Shown here: positions 49,842-60,277 of the stretch, in pieces | Layout of the letters: the number at the start of each line of letters is the position of its first letter | Numbering within the stretch: the first letter of the stretch is position 1 | Source of the DNA: Candidatus Binatia bacterium | Lineage (GTDB): Bacteria; Desulfobacterota; Binatia; UBA9968; CAXXLF01 | DNA length: 64,000 nucleotides | NCBI GenBank assembly: GCA_963664015.2 | Contig: CAXXLF010000002.1 | Span: 1,632,001 to 1,696,000 of the forward strand | Direction: 5' to 3' | The notes under the pieces: model-generated | Database searches by the model: none | Told to the model about the DNA's origin: nothing | Seen by the model: only the letters and a program-made list of their open reading frames with translations | Made by a program: the position numbers and the translations under genes

Positions 49842-50732
49842 ATGAAGCCGACGGGATTCTATACATTACTCGGCTTGGTATTTTCCCTGTTCATTATCCC
49901 CACTATCGTTCTCGCCCAAGGGGTAAAAGAAGATAGGGTGAAGCGAGGCCAGTATATTTTTGCCCTGGCCGGCGGCTGCGCCTGCCACACGATGCCTGAA
50001 AAGACCCCGCATGCGGGGGGACGAAAGTTTCCCGTTCCCCTGGGGACAGCCTACTCCACCAACATAACTCAGGACAAAGAGACCGGGCTTGGCAACTGGT
50101 CGGATGAGGAAATTCTTAACGCTATGGTCAAGGGGATCCGCCCCAACGGGCAGAGGGTGCTGCCCTTGATGCCCTACGAGGCCTACTCGGGTATGGCGGA
50201 AGAGGACCTGAGGGCCCTGATCGCCTATATGAAGACGCTAAAGCCGGTGCGCAAAAAATCACCGCCAGCGAAGTTTCAGGTCCCATTCATACGCTCTTTG
50301 ATGACCCCCATGTGGCTCAAACTCTTCGCCCACTTCTCGACACCCCCTAAGCAAGCGCCCAAAAGCGGAATCAAAAGGGGCAAGTACCTGGTCGATCACG
50401 TGGCCCTTTGCGGCGACTGCCATACACCTCGAAAATCCTTGGGGGTACCGAACCGTTCCCTCTACCTCGCAGGCGCCGAGTCGGGTCCTCTGGGAGAAGA
50501 CGTACCCAACATTACACCCGACGAAAATACCGGCATTAAAGACTGGAGCCGTGACCAGATCGCCGACCTTCTCATCAAGGGAACCAAACCGGACGGGGAT
50601 GAAGTTCAGGGCCTCATGGACGAGGTCATCTGGGGAACGCCTCTCGGCTACAAGGACATGAACCGCCAGGATGCTTTAGCCATTGCCGATTACCTGAAGT
50701 CCATCCCACCCATCGTCAACGAGATCAATTAG
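49842..50732 (+). CDS. Diheme c-type cytochrome (gluconate/alcohol dehydrogenase cytochrome subunit-like)
   Basis: Signal peptide, RGQY..CACHT, NITQDKETGLG, RGKYL..CGDCHT, PNITPD. Confidence 0.88.
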   Translation: MKPTGFYTLLGLVFSLFIIPTIVLAQGVKEDRVKRGQYIFALAGGCACHTMPEKTPHAGGRKFPVPLGTAYSTNITQDKETGLGNWSDEEILNAMVKGIRPNGQRVLPLMPYEAYSGMAEEDLRALIAYMKTLKPVRKKSPPAKFQVPFIRSLMTPMWLKLFAHFSTPPKQAPKSGIKRGKYLVDHVALCGDCHTPRKSLGVPNRSLYLAGAESGPLGEDVPNITPDENTGIKDWSRDQIADLLIKGTKPDGDEVQGLMDEVIWGTPLGYKDMNRQDALAIADYLKSIPPIVNEIN

Positions 50733-50769
50733 AACCTAAGATCAAAGCAGACAAATACCTCCTTAGGAA

Positions 50770-51165
50770 CCTAACCGCAGATTTTCGCTGATTATCGCAG
50801 ACGGGAACACAGCAAAGCGCTAAGACAGGGCTATTACTGCGGGACAACTGACAGAAGGAAGACAGTTTGCAGTAGGCAGTAAGAAAGCTATGCGCTAAGA
50901 GTAAGGCAGTTTCAAAACTCAAAACCCTAAATCCGAAATAAATTTAAATAACAGAATACCTAATCTCAAAACTACAGAATTAAATAGGGTAGGGCTTTGG
51001 TAATTTTAATTTTGATATTGCTTAGAGTTTCGGATTTGGGATTTGGTGCTTTGGATTTAGAATTTATTATTTAGTCTGCGGATATCTGCATAAATCTGAG
51101 GTTAAATGTCTTCACTCTTTGCCCCTTGCTGCCTACTGTCTTACTCTTCCCCTCAGCGCTTTGCA
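50770..51165. repeat. Composite intergenic repeat, locus F
   Basis: Opening arm 50772-50801 and closing arm 51074-51103 enclose a CAGTAGG arm and an AT-rich inverted heptamer pair (AAATCCG-type about 50915-50965, CGGATTT-type about 51025-51065). Confidence 0.88.
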
Positions 51166-51169
51166 GCGG

Positions 51170-52990
51170 TTAGCCGAGCTGCTGCGACCCGCGGTGAAAC
51201 TGCATCAAATATAGCTCTCGATACAACCCCTCCTGCCCCACCAACTCATTATGGGTTCCCTGCTGCACAACCTGCCCGCGTTCGACGACAAACAGCCTGT
51301 CCGCATTCCGTATGGTCGAGAGACGATGCGCAATGACAAAGGAGGTTCGCCCGCTCAAGAGGCGTTTTAACACGGCCTGAATGAGTGCCTCCGTTCGGGT
51401 ATCGATGCTAGCCGTGGCCTCATCCAGGACGAGGATACGCGGGTTTGCCAAGACGACCCGTGCCAGGGCCATGAGTTGCCGCTGACCCTGGGAGAAATTC
51501 TGCCCACGTTCGAACACCCGGGTAGCGTATCGCTCCGGCAAAGGGAAGATGAAATCATGTGCGCTTGCCTGCCTAGCAGCCTCCATCACCTCTTCATCGG
51601 TCGCATCCAAGCGGCCAAAACGAATGTTGTCTGCGATAGTGCCGGTAAATAAAAATGGGTCCTGTGGGACGACGCCAATCTGGCACCGCAGGGATGATTG
51701 GGTCACCTCCCGGATGTCGGTGCCATCGATCAGTATCCGTCCCTCACTCACATCGTAAAACCGGCTGATCAAACTGGAGATGGAAGTCTTACCGGCACCC
51801 GTGGGCCCTACCAATGCGATCGTTTGCCCCGGTTCCACTGTAAAGGAAATATCTTGAAGAACCGGCACCCCATTGCGATAACTGAAATTGACCTGATCGA
51901 ACTCAACCTTGCCTTTGATTTGGGACATGGGCCTGGCATCGGGACGGTCATCCACCTCCACCGGCGTGTCCAGCAACTCAAAGATCTTCTCACCTGCTGC
52001 CATGGACTGCTGGAAGAGAGTGTAGATCGTGCTGAGTTCCCGTATGGGTTGAAAAAACCGTGTCACGTAGGTTAGAAACGCCACCACAACGCCTACGGTG
52101 ATCTCACCAGCAAGCACGGAAGCGGCACCAAACCAAAGCACCGTTGCCGTTGCCAGCATGGCGATTACCTCCACCACCGGCGGGAAGGCGCTGGATAAGG
52201 TCACAGCCCACAGATTTGCTTGAAGGTTCGCAAGGTTAACCTGGTCGAACCGATTCTGACTCACCTGTTCACGGGCAAAGGCCTGGACCACCCGGACACC
52301 GGAAATGCTCTCCTGAAGACTCGCCGCCACCTGAGCAATGGTCTCCCTGGTACGCAGATAAGCCCCTCGCACACGATGGGCAAAGACCAGGGTCACAATC
52401 ACCATGACCGGTGAGAGTGCAAAGGTGTAAAGCGCAAGCTTGGGGCTCATGGTGAGCATGATCACGACGATGCCTACAATAACCAAAAGGTCAGCCACCA
52501 GGTCGACGAACCCATGGGTCATCAACTCCTGCAATACCGTCACGTCGTTGATAATTCGCGACATGGTCACACCCGATTTGTGCCGGTCGTGATAGCCCAA
52601 GGGGAGCCGGTTGATCTTCTGGAATAGCTGGTCGCGTATCCGCTTCAACACCCGTTGAGTGACCGAGGCCATGGTGTAGGATTCACCTGCCTGCGAGCCC
52701 CAAGCGATGAGCAAGGTTAGCAAGAAACCGATGCAGACCATGGAAAGGCCGGCCATGTCTTGCTGTGCCACCAAATAGTCATCAATGGCGACTTTCAGCA
52801 GGTAAGGACCAATGAGGTGCATGCCGGCGGTAATGCTGACCAGGATCATGGCCCCAATCACGTTAATCCGGTATGGTTTTAGATATTCGAGCAGTCGCTT
52901 GACCACCTGGGGGTTGAAGGCTCTTCCTCTGGTCCGTCTTCCGGTACCGTTGGAATGCCACATCCACCCTCCGCCTCCTTGCGCGACCAT
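51170..52990 (-). CDS. ABC exporter, fused permease/ATPase (heterodimer subunit 2)
   Basis: GPTGAGKT, FSQGQRQ, LDEATA, AHRLST. Confidence 0.94.
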   Translation of the reverse strand: MVAQGGGGWMWHSNGTGRRTRGRAFNPQVVKRLLEYLKPYRINVIGAMILVSITAGMHLIGPYLLKVAIDDYLVAQQDMAGLSMVCIGFLLTLLIAWGSQAGESYTMASVTQRVLKRIRDQLFQKINRLPLGYHDRHKSGVTMSRIINDVTVLQELMTHGFVDLVADLLVIVGIVVIMLTMSPKLALYTFALSPVMVIVTLVFAHRVRGAYLRTRETIAQVAASLQESISGVRVVQAFAREQVSQNRFDQVNLANLQANLWAVTLSSAFPPVVEVIAMLATATVLWFGAASVLAGEITVGVVVAFLTYVTRFFQPIRELSTIYTLFQQSMAAGEKIFELLDTPVEVDDRPDARPMSQIKGKVEFDQVNFSYRNGVPVLQDISFTVEPGQTIALVGPTGAGKTSISSLISRFYDVSEGRILIDGTDIREVTQSSLRCQIGVVPQDPFLFTGTIADNIRFGRLDATDEEVMEAARQASAHDFIFPLPERYATRVFERGQNFSQGQRQLMALARVVLANPRILVLDEATASIDTRTEALIQAVLKRLLSGRTSFVIAHRLSTIRNADRLFVVERGQVVQQGTHNELVGQEGLYRELYLMQFHRGSQQLG

Positions 52991-54811
52991 TTAACTCTGC
53001 CCCCCTATCCGCGGCTGCTCATAGGCCGGTAGGCCCAAGCCCGACCTGTCCAGGAGCTGAATCTGGACAATTTCGTTGTAGATGCTGTTATGCTCTAGCA
53101 ACTCGGCGTGGGTCCCCTGGCCCATTATCTCCCCACGATCCAGGACGATGATCTTATGAGCGTGCTGAACCGTGCTAACACGCTGAGCGATTATAAAGGT
53201 CGTCCGATCTTTCATAAGGATGTCCATGGCGTCGCGGATCAGGGCTTCCGTTTCGGTATCCACCGCAGAGGTAAAGTCATCAAGAATGAGGACTCGAGGA
53301 TCCAGCAGAAGTGCTCGCGCAATGGAAATGCGCTGTTTTTGACCGCCGGACAGCGTGACTCCTCGCTCACCCACAGTGGTGTCGTATCCTTCGGGGAACC
53401 CGCAGATGAACTCATGGGCCCGAGCCGCCTTTGCCATGCTGATGATCTCGTCTTGAGTGGCCTCGGGAACTCCAAAGGCGATGTTCTCGCGGATCGTGCC
53501 CGTGAAAAGGGTGGTGTCTTGCATTACAATGCCTATCTGGCGCCTGAGCGAGAGGAGTTGAAGGTCTCGGACATCGTGACCGTCGACGAGTACACGACCC
53601 TCTGTCACGTCGTAGAATCGGGGGATGAGGTTGACAATGGTGGATTTACCGGACCCCGTGGTCCCCAACAGGGCCACGATCTCACCGGGACTCACTTTGA
53701 AGCTCACGTCTCGAAGCACCGGCACACCCGGGTAATACGTGCAGGATACCTTTTGGAACTCCACCATCTCCTTGATAGCAGGCAAAGGAGAGGCATTTGG
53801 TTTGTCTTCCACGTCCACCGGTGCATCCAAGACCTCAAAGACCCTCTCTCCTGCTGCAATTGCCCGTGAAGTCTGTCCGATAAGAAATCCAAGGCGGCGC
53901 ACAGGCCGGACCATCAGCAGAAGGTAGGTATTAAACGCCACGAGCTGTCCCACGGAGAGTTCCCCACCGATAACCAGAGTTCCTCCAAACCAGAGCACGA
54001 CCAACGTACTCAGGTTGGCAAACACGTCCATCAAGGGATTGGAATAGGACTGAACCTTTGCCGCCGCCAGGTACTGCCCGAGTAGCAGCTCGTTTTGATG
54101 TTCAAACTTTTCAATCTGGTCCTCTTCACGGGCAAAGGCTTTGACGACCCTGGCACCGGCCAGGTTCTCCTGGACAATGGTCGCCAGAACGGCCAGTTCC
54201 TCCTGTGCCTTGCGAAAGAGGGGGCGAACCCTGTGACCATACTGGGAGGCAGCGTGGGACAAAAAGGGGAGCGTTACGAGAGATGCCGCGGCCAATTTCC
54301 AGTTCATGCTAAAGAGCACAATACCTATGCCCAACCCTATGAACACAAAATGGGCCATTTGAATGAGTGCCCGACTGGTGAAGTGGCGAAGTTGGTCCAC
54401 ATCGCTAGTGGCTCGCGACATGAGCTGGCCGGTTTGTGCCCGGTCATGCCAGCTAAAGGAGAGTCGTTGGAGGTGGCGAGAGATCTGGCTGCGAAGATCA
54501 TAAGCGATCCCCTGGGCACTGTAGGCCCCCAAATAGCCCTGCCCGAAATGGAAGAAACCCTTGACCACGGTGAGACCGACGATGAGGGAAACATGCCACG
54601 CGATGAGGCTCATGGAGTCCACCCCAGCAGCGCAATGGGCGGGGACACCACGGGCTCCCACCCCCACCCTGAGCCCACAATCAATGATCTGGCGAATCAT
54701 GTAGGGTATGGAGAGTTCCACCGACGCAACCACAAGCAGACAGATATAAGCTGCCAGTGTCGCAAGCCAGTACTTGCGAAAGTAACCCAGAATTCGAAGA
54801 ATCGTACCCAT
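52991..54811 (-). CDS. ABC exporter, fused permease/ATPase (heterodimer subunit 1, degenerate site)
   Basis: GTTGSGKS, LSGGQKQR, LDDFTS and AQRVST (degenerate Walker B/H-loop). Confidence 0.94.
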   Translation of the reverse strand: MGTILRILGYFRKYWLATLAAYICLLVVASVELSIPYMIRQIIDCGLRVGVGARGVPAHCAAGVDSMSLIAWHVSLIVGLTVVKGFFHFGQGYLGAYSAQGIAYDLRSQISRHLQRLSFSWHDRAQTGQLMSRATSDVDQLRHFTSRALIQMAHFVFIGLGIGIVLFSMNWKLAAASLVTLPFLSHAASQYGHRVRPLFRKAQEELAVLATIVQENLAGARVVKAFAREEDQIEKFEHQNELLLGQYLAAAKVQSYSNPLMDVFANLSTLVVLWFGGTLVIGGELSVGQLVAFNTYLLLMVRPVRRLGFLIGQTSRAIAAGERVFEVLDAPVDVEDKPNASPLPAIKEMVEFQKVSCTYYPGVPVLRDVSFKVSPGEIVALLGTTGSGKSTIVNLIPRFYDVTEGRVLVDGHDVRDLQLLSLRRQIGIVMQDTTLFTGTIRENIAFGVPEATQDEIISMAKAARAHEFICGFPEGYDTTVGERGVTLSGGQKQRISIARALLLDPRVLILDDFTSAVDTETEALIRDAMDILMKDRTTFIIAQRVSTVQHAHKIIVLDRGEIMGQGTHAELLEHNSIYNEIVQIQLLDRSGLGLPAYEQPRIGGQS

Positions 54812-54817
54812 AGCTGT

Positions 54818-55291
54818 CTAGCGACGTTGGCGGGATCGCCCCCCAACTGCCGAGCGTTCCTCACCTTCGTCGGCCCGTGGGTCCACTGGGAGGGAATCGC
54901 CGGTCAGACCGGCGTAGTCGTTGAGTAAACGCTGGGTGCGAATCATCTGTCTTTTCAGATGGTAGGCCCGACGTTGAAGGAGCTCGCGGCCAGGGTCGGT
55001 GATCTTGTAGTAACGTCGCGCCGGCCCCGACTTCTGGGTTGACCACTTGGAGCGAATAGCACCCGATTCCTCCATCGATCGGAGGACCTTGTAGACCACC
55101 CCCGGCTCCGTGGCTCGCTTAAAACCATAGTCGGCAAGCGTCTTCATGAGGTCGTACCCATAGGAGGGTTCGCGCAGCAATTCCAAGAGCAGGAAGGCCT
55201 CCAGGTTACGCCCAATGGTTCCCGACGGATCACGGGAGCCTGTTCGTGGGGCGGTGGAAAGTCGATGTTGCAGACTAGATGTTTTTTTCAT
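54818..55291 (-). CDS. PadR family transcriptional regulator
   Basis: SYGYDL, PGVVYKVLRSMEESG, GPARRYYKITDPG. Confidence 0.9.
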   Translation of the reverse strand: MKKTSSLQHRLSTAPRTGSRDPSGTIGRNLEAFLLLELLREPSYGYDLMKTLADYGFKRATEPGVVYKVLRSMEESGAIRSKWSTQKSGPARRYYKITDPGRELLQRRAYHLKRQMIRTQRLLNDYAGLTGDSLPVDPRADEGEERSAVGGRSRQRR

Positions 55292-55292
55292 T

Positions 55293-55306
55293 TAGATTGA
55301 AATCTA
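55293..55306. promoter_or_regulatory. Palindromic operator upstream of padR
   Basis: TAGATT-GA-AATCTA immediately before the start codon, overlapping a candidate -10 (TTGCAT-N17-TAGATT on the minus strand). Confidence 0.55.
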
Positions 55307-55428
55307 CTCTATGGATTTTCCCGATGCAACTTTCTCACCGTGGTGGAACCGACCCAAGCTACCGGTTTAGTTGACCCCAGCGTTTTTTTGTGTGTATACT
55401 GCCTTCTTTAAATTTACGGATCTCCGCG

Positions 55429-55815
55429 ATGTTATTCAAATTTGCCAACGTATTAGTCTTTTTGGTGATTGCCGCCGGCTTCGTCGGCATCAATCTGCTC
55501 ATCGGGCGTATTTTACGGCCATCCAATCCCCAACCCCGCAAGCTATCAACCTATGAGTGCGGCGAACCCGCGGCGGGAAGCGCGTGGATGAATTTCAACG
55601 CTCGTTTTTACATCATCGCCCTGATTTTCATTATCTTTGAAGTTGAGATTGCCTTTATCTTTCCCGTTGCTACTGTCTTCAGACAATGGATTGAAAACGG
55701 TCACGGAATTTACGCCTTAGTCCATGTTTTCCTATTCGTATTCATCCTTCTCCTGGGACTCGTTTATGCGTGGAGAAAAGGAGATCTGGAATGGGTGAGA
55801 AAGCTGAGTACTTGA
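55429..55815 (+). CDS. nuoA: NADH-quinone oxidoreductase subunit A
   Basis: [31 protein letters not shown]. Confidence 0.93.
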   Translation: MLFKFANVLVFLVIAAGFVGINLLIGRILRPSNPQPRKLSTYECGEPAAGSAWMNFNARFYIIALIFIIFEVEIAFIFPVATVFRQWIENGHGIYALVHVFLFVFILLLGLVYAWRKGDLEWVRKLST

Positions 55816-55831
55816 GGGCCAGGGCGATTCC

Positions 55832-56338
55832 ATGGATGCCAGTGATATCTACCAACGCTTAACACAGCAATTTGCAGGAGATGTTTCCGATTTCAACGGC
55901 GAGGCCCTGGACCCGTATTTTAGCGTAAAGGCCTCGTCCATTGTGACGGTTTGCACCTATTTACGGGACGAATCCGACTTGAATTTCGAGGTCCTGTCCG
56001 ACCTCACGGCCTTGGACCTGCCCAAGGAAAACAAATTCCAGGTTGTCTATCACCTCTATTCCTATCCGCACCATCATCAGAGCGTTCTCAAGGTCGACCT
56101 TCCCAGAGAAGAGGCCCGTATCGTAACCGTTGAAGGGGTGTGGAAGGCCGCCAATTGGCTGGAACGTGAGGTTTTTGATCTGTTTGGCATTTTTTTCGAG
56201 GGCCACAGTGATCTCAGGAGGATCATGCTCCCCGAGGATTGGGTCGGACATCCGCTGCGCAAAGACTACGTGGAGCAGGAAGAGTACGATGGGATCAGCA
56301 CCCAACGGGAGCCTTTGGTCCCAGGGGTTTTGCGCTAG
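55832..56338 (+). CDS. nuoC: NADH-quinone oxidoreductase subunit C
   Basis: ANWLEREVFDLFGI.F.GH.DLRRI, GHPLRKDY. Confidence 0.94.
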   Translation: MDASDIYQRLTQQFAGDVSDFNGEALDPYFSVKASSIVTVCTYLRDESDLNFEVLSDLTALDLPKENKFQVVYHLYSYPHHHQSVLKVDLPREEARIVTVEGVWKAANWLEREVFDLFGIFFEGHSDLRRIMLPEDWVGHPLRKDYVEQEEYDGISTQREPLVPGVLR

Positions 56339-56355
56339 AGAGGAAACGTCACGTA

Positions 56356-57498
56356 ATGGACGATACCAAGCAAATTGAGCCGGAATCCTTTCAAACCGAG
56401 GATATGATCATCAATGTGGGCCCCCAGCACCCCAGCACTCATGGCGTTCTCCGCTTTGTGGTCAGGACCGACGGTGAGGTTATTCGCGAGGCGACACCCG
56501 ATGTGGGCTACTTGCACCGATCCATAGAAAAGATCGGTGAGAAGGTAACCTGGCATGGGTACGTCCCTTATACGGACCGGGCCGATTACCTTGCGGCCAT
56601 GTTCGCCAATCAAGGCTTTTGCATGGCGGCGGAGCGGCTGGGAAACGTCCAGGTCGTCAGGCGCGGCGAGTTCTGTCGGGTTATCGCATGTGAACTCAAT
56701 CGTATCGCCAGCCATCTTATCGCCGTAGGCACCTTTGGTCAGGATATTGGCGCCATTACGCCCTTCATCCACGCCCTCCGCGAGCGAGAAAGCATCAACA
56801 ATTTGATGGAGGAGATTTGCGGCGCCAGACTCACCTATAATTACCTGAGAATCGGTGGGGTGGGATACGACATCAAGCCCGAGACCTGCGATCGCATCAC
56901 CGCATTTATCGACCACTTCGTACCCATCGTCGACGAGTACAACCGCCTGCTCTCAAACAATAAGATCTTCGTCGAGCGGCTGGTCAACGTGGCAGTGATT
57001 ACCCGTGAGGACGCCATGCAGTACAACATCGTCGGGCCTAACCTGCGCGCCTGCGGTATCCAATGGGATATCCGACGGGACATTCCTTATTCCGTATACC
57101 CTGAGCTTGAATTTGACGTTCCCGTGGGTACCGGTGAGAAGGGCACATTAGGGGACTGTTTCGACCGCTATATGGTGCGCATCTTGGAGATGATCGAAAG
57201 CTGCAAGATCCTAAAGCAGTGTCTGAAGATGCTACCCAAGGGTCCAGTCATCTCAAAAGTTCCAATCCGGTTCAGGCCGCCTGCAGGGGAGGCCTATAGC
57301 CGGGTCGAGGCGCCCCGGGGTGATATGGGTTTCTATGTGACCAGCGACGGAACCGAGTATCCTTATCGAGTACGCATCCGGACCGGCTCCTTTACCTCTA
57401 TGGGACTCATCGGCAAACTCAGTCGCGGGATCATGCTGGCTGACCTGATCGCCCTGATCGCCAGCCTGGACGTGGATGCGCCGGAGATCGATCGTTAG
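56356..57498 (+). CDS. nuoD: NADH-quinone oxidoreductase subunit D
   Basis: GPQHPSTHGVLR, GYLHR, DRADY, EAPRG, EIDR; no NiFe CxxC motifs. Confidence 0.95.
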   Translation: MDDTKQIEPESFQTEDMIINVGPQHPSTHGVLRFVVRTDGEVIREATPDVGYLHRSIEKIGEKVTWHGYVPYTDRADYLAAMFANQGFCMAAERLGNVQVVRRGEFCRVIACELNRIASHLIAVGTFGQDIGAITPFIHALRERESINNLMEEICGARLTYNYLRIGGVGYDIKPETCDRITAFIDHFVPIVDEYNRLLSNNKIFVERLVNVAVITREDAMQYNIVGPNLRACGIQWDIRRDIPYSVYPELEFDVPVGTGEKGTLGDCFDRYMVRILEMIESCKILKQCLKMLPKGPVISKVPIRFRPPAGEAYSRVEAPRGDMGFYVTSDGTEYPYRVRIRTGSFTSMGLIGKLSRGIMLADLIALIASLDVDAPEIDR

Positions 57499-57510
57499 AG
57501 ACACCAGACC

Positions 57511-58698
57511 ATGCAATCCCTTGCGGACCAATTATTCGAAGCCGGATACCTCCCGGGAATATCGCGCGAATTCGTTTACGCCGCGGTCATACTTCTTGTC
57601 GCTATCTCCGTGCTCTCCGTTTTTGTCGCCCCCCTCGCTGGAGTGACCAGCTGGTTGGAACGAAGGGTTTGGGCCAGGATCCAATCCCGCATCGGTCCCA
57701 ACCGGGTGGGCCCCCAGGGTATACTCCAATGGCTTGCCGACGGGATCAAAAATCTGCTGAAAGAGGACCTGATTCCCGCGGCGGCGGATCGAAAACTCTT
57801 TGCCCTCGCTCCCTACGTGGTCTTTATGGGATTCTTTGCCACCTTCGTGGTTATCCCCTTCGGTAGCCAACTGATCGTTGCGGACCTGAACATTGGTATC
57901 CTTTACATATTGGCCGTCACGTCGCTCGTCGTTGTCGGGATACTTATGGCCGGCTGGTCATCTAACAACAAGTGGTCGCTCCTTGGAGGCATGCGCTCCG
58001 CTGCGCAGATTGTCAGCTACGAGATTCCCGCCGGTCTTTCGGTTTTGACCATAATCTTTATTACCGGGACTCTCAGCATGCAGGGCATCATTGGCCGACA
58101 GGGCTGGGCCCCCTGGGATTGGTTTCTCTTCTACAGCCCCTTTACCTTCATAGCCTTTTTCCTCTTCTTTACCGCAGCCCTGGCCGAGGGCAACCGTACG
58201 CCCTTTGATATCCCGGAGGCCGAGTCCGAGTTGGTTGCGGGGTACGTGACCGAATACAGCGGGATGCGATTTCTCTTCTTCTTCTTTGCCGAATGGGGGA
58301 ATCTCTACGTGATCGGCGCCGTGGCCACCACTCTCTTCCTTGGCGGGTGGCAAATTCCACCCTTATTCGAGAACGTTTTTATAAATGGGCTGCTGGAGTT
58401 CGTTGTCTTTTTCCTCAAGGCTTATCTGTGGGTTTTCGTCGCCATGTGGATTCGAGGAACTCTGCCACGGGTGCGGGTTGATCAGCTCATGTCTATGTGC
58501 TGGAAATACATGGTGCCGTTGTCTTTTATTTGCCTATTTGGAACCGCGACCTTCTTAGTGATTTGGCCCGCGGGAAACCGCTGGATCAGCATGCTCATGT
58601 TCGTTCTGGGACTCCTAATCCTGGCGCGCTTTTGCTGGCGCGTAAGATTCCAGATTCGCCACGCCCGGCCGGATCTCTATTTTAATCCGTTCATTTAA
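57511..58698 (+). CDS. nuoH: NADH-quinone oxidoreductase subunit H
   Basis: ERRVWARIQSRIGPNRVG, RTPFDIPEAESEL, TLPRVRVDQL. Confidence 0.95.
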   Translation: MQSLADQLFEAGYLPGISREFVYAAVILLVAISVLSVFVAPLAGVTSWLERRVWARIQSRIGPNRVGPQGILQWLADGIKNLLKEDLIPAAADRKLFALAPYVVFMGFFATFVVIPFGSQLIVADLNIGILYILAVTSLVVVGILMAGWSSNNKWSLLGGMRSAAQIVSYEIPAGLSVLTIIFITGTLSMQGIIGRQGWAPWDWFLFYSPFTFIAFFLFFTAALAEGNRTPFDIPEAESELVAGYVTEYSGMRFLFFFFAEWGNLYVIGAVATTLFLGGWQIPPLFENVFINGLLEFVVFFLKAYLWVFVAMWIRGTLPRVRVDQLMSMCWKYMVPLSFICLFGTATFLVIWPAGNRWISMLMFVLGLLILARFCWRVRFQIRHARPDLYFNPFI

Positions 58699-58722
58699 GA
58701 TATAGGGTCGAGGTCGTAGGTT

Positions 58723-59286
58723 ATGAGTACACTGACTGCATACGTCAACAATATCGCCGAAACAATCACATCGGTTTTTGAAGGGATGTCCATCACCTTT
58801 TCGCACCTTGTCCGCCGTCCCTCGACGATTCAGTATCCGGACCGTATTCCCCAGCAAATCCAGGACACCCTGCCTTTAAGATACCGGGGCATCCTGGAGG
58901 TCGACATGGATATTTGTACGGGATGTCTAGCCTGCGAACGGATATGCCCGATCACCTGCATCGCTATCGGCATTGATATGGACAAGGAGACCCGGCAACG
59001 GAGCTTCAGCCAATTTGATATCGACATGTGTAAGTGCATGTACTGCGGACTGTGCTCCGAGTCCTGTCCGACGGGAGCCATACGCCACAGCCAGGAATTC
59101 GAAGGGGCAAGTCATAACCCGGCGGGGTTGGTGCGTCGCTTCGTGACCGAGCCGGTCTCTCTGTACAAGCCCAAGAAGGGCGGAGAGACCGAACCCAAGA
59201 TGATCGCAAAGGTAGAGACTGGGAAAATGTATATGGACGAGCTAGCCACTCCGGATGCGGGGGGGAAAGGCTCCGAGGAGAGGTAG
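58723..59286 (+). CDS. nuoI: NADH-quinone oxidoreductase subunit I
   Basis: TIQYP, CTGCLACERICP and CMYCGLCSESCP. Confidence 0.93.
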   Translation: MSTLTAYVNNIAETITSVFEGMSITFSHLVRRPSTIQYPDRIPQQIQDTLPLRYRGILEVDMDICTGCLACERICPITCIAIGIDMDKETRQRSFSQFDIDMCKCMYCGLCSESCPTGAIRHSQEFEGASHNPAGLVRRFVTEPVSLYKPKKGGETEPKMIAKVETGKMYMDELATPDAGGKGSEER

Positions 59287-59315
59287 GTGACAACCGGCAC
59301 TGCGGGTTCTATACC

Positions 59316-59378
59316 GGTCCGTCGTACCGTAGTTCCTTAACGCATCCTCCCATCGTCGACCCTACGGACCTACGGACT
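59316..59378. repeat. Short inverted 8-mer-period repeat between nuoI and nuoJ (locus H)
   Basis: GTCCGTCGTACCGTAG versus CTACGGACCTACGGAC (13/16 complementary). Confidence 0.5.
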
Positions 59379-59417
59379 TGCAGTCCTTGGGGTCCCCCGA
59401 AAAGTGAGAGAAGCTCT

Positions 59418-59924
59418 ATGGATATTTCAATCAGCACGGCCATTTTTTATTTGGTCGCCTTCGTTACGATAGTTTCTGCGGCGGGTGTGGCCTTTTCATC
59501 CAACATTGTGCACTCGGCCTTCTCCCTGGTCGGAACTTTCGGCGGTGTGGCCACCCTATACGTCTTTCTGGGAGCCGATTTCGTCGCCGGCGTCCAAATC
59601 TTGATTTATGTCGGCGGGATTTTGGTTCTAATCCTCTTCGCAGTCATGTTAACTCACAGGATCAGTGAGATCGAGATCAGCAACCGTGCCGTGGGAAGAA
59701 TCCCCGCTTTCATCCTATGCGGGGGCCTGCTCGCCTTACTCGTTACGACTATCCGGGAAACTCCATGGCTCACTGCCGCGAAACCATCCCATGAGCCGAC
59801 CACCTCCCGGATCGGAGACCTCTTCCTGCAACAGTATCTCCTTCCCTTTGAGCTGGCATCGATTGTACTGCTGGTTGCTTTGATTGGAGCCGTTGTCATC
59901 GCCAGGAAAGAGATTAAAGAGTAG
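59418..59924 (+). CDS. nuoJ: NADH-quinone oxidoreductase subunit J
   Basis: QILIYVGGILVLILFAVML, YLLPFELAS. Confidence 0.94.
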   Translation: MDISISTAIFYLVAFVTIVSAAGVAFSSNIVHSAFSLVGTFGGVATLYVFLGADFVAGVQILIYVGGILVLILFAVMLTHRISEIEISNRAVGRIPAFILCGGLLALLVTTIRETPWLTAAKPSHEPTTSRIGDLFLQQYLLPFELASIVLLVALIGAVVIARKEIKE

Positions 59925-59934
59925 GGGAAAATCC

Positions 59935-60243
59935 ATGGCTATTGGACTGACCCATTATCTCGTGATTGGCGCCATCCTCTTTAGCCTGGGCCTCTTCACG
60001 GTCCTGACCCGGCGCAATGCCATCAGTGTGCTCATGGGGGTCGAGTTGATTTTGAATTCAGCCAATGTCAATTACGTCGCGTTTTCCCACTTCAGCAGCG
60101 GTCGGCTCGACGGCCAGATCTATGCACTTTTTGTGATCATGTTGGCGGCGGCAGAAGCTGCCGTGGGGTTGGCCATTGTCTTAGCCATCTACCAGCTTTT
60201 CCATTCCATTGATGTGAGGGCGGCCCAAACACTCAAAGATTAG
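59935..60243 (+). CDS. nuoK: NADH-quinone oxidoreductase subunit K
   Basis: RRN...GVELILN, AAAEAAVGLA. Confidence 0.94.
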   Translation: MAIGLTHYLVIGAILFSLGLFTVLTRRNAISVLMGVELILNSANVNYVAFSHFSSGRLDGQIYALFVIMLAAAEAAVGLAIVLAIYQLFHSIDVRAAQTLKD

Positions 60244-60277
60244 GAGAACATGGTTAGGGACTAGGCCAACAAGAACG

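Noticed and set aside
53108-54928. 253-aa and 277-aa plus-strand ORFs
   Set aside because: Antisense shadows of the ABC exporter gene
56356-57498. Group 4 NiFe hydrogenase large subunit
   Set aside because: Both CxxC metal-binding motifs are absent; the sequence is NuoD-like
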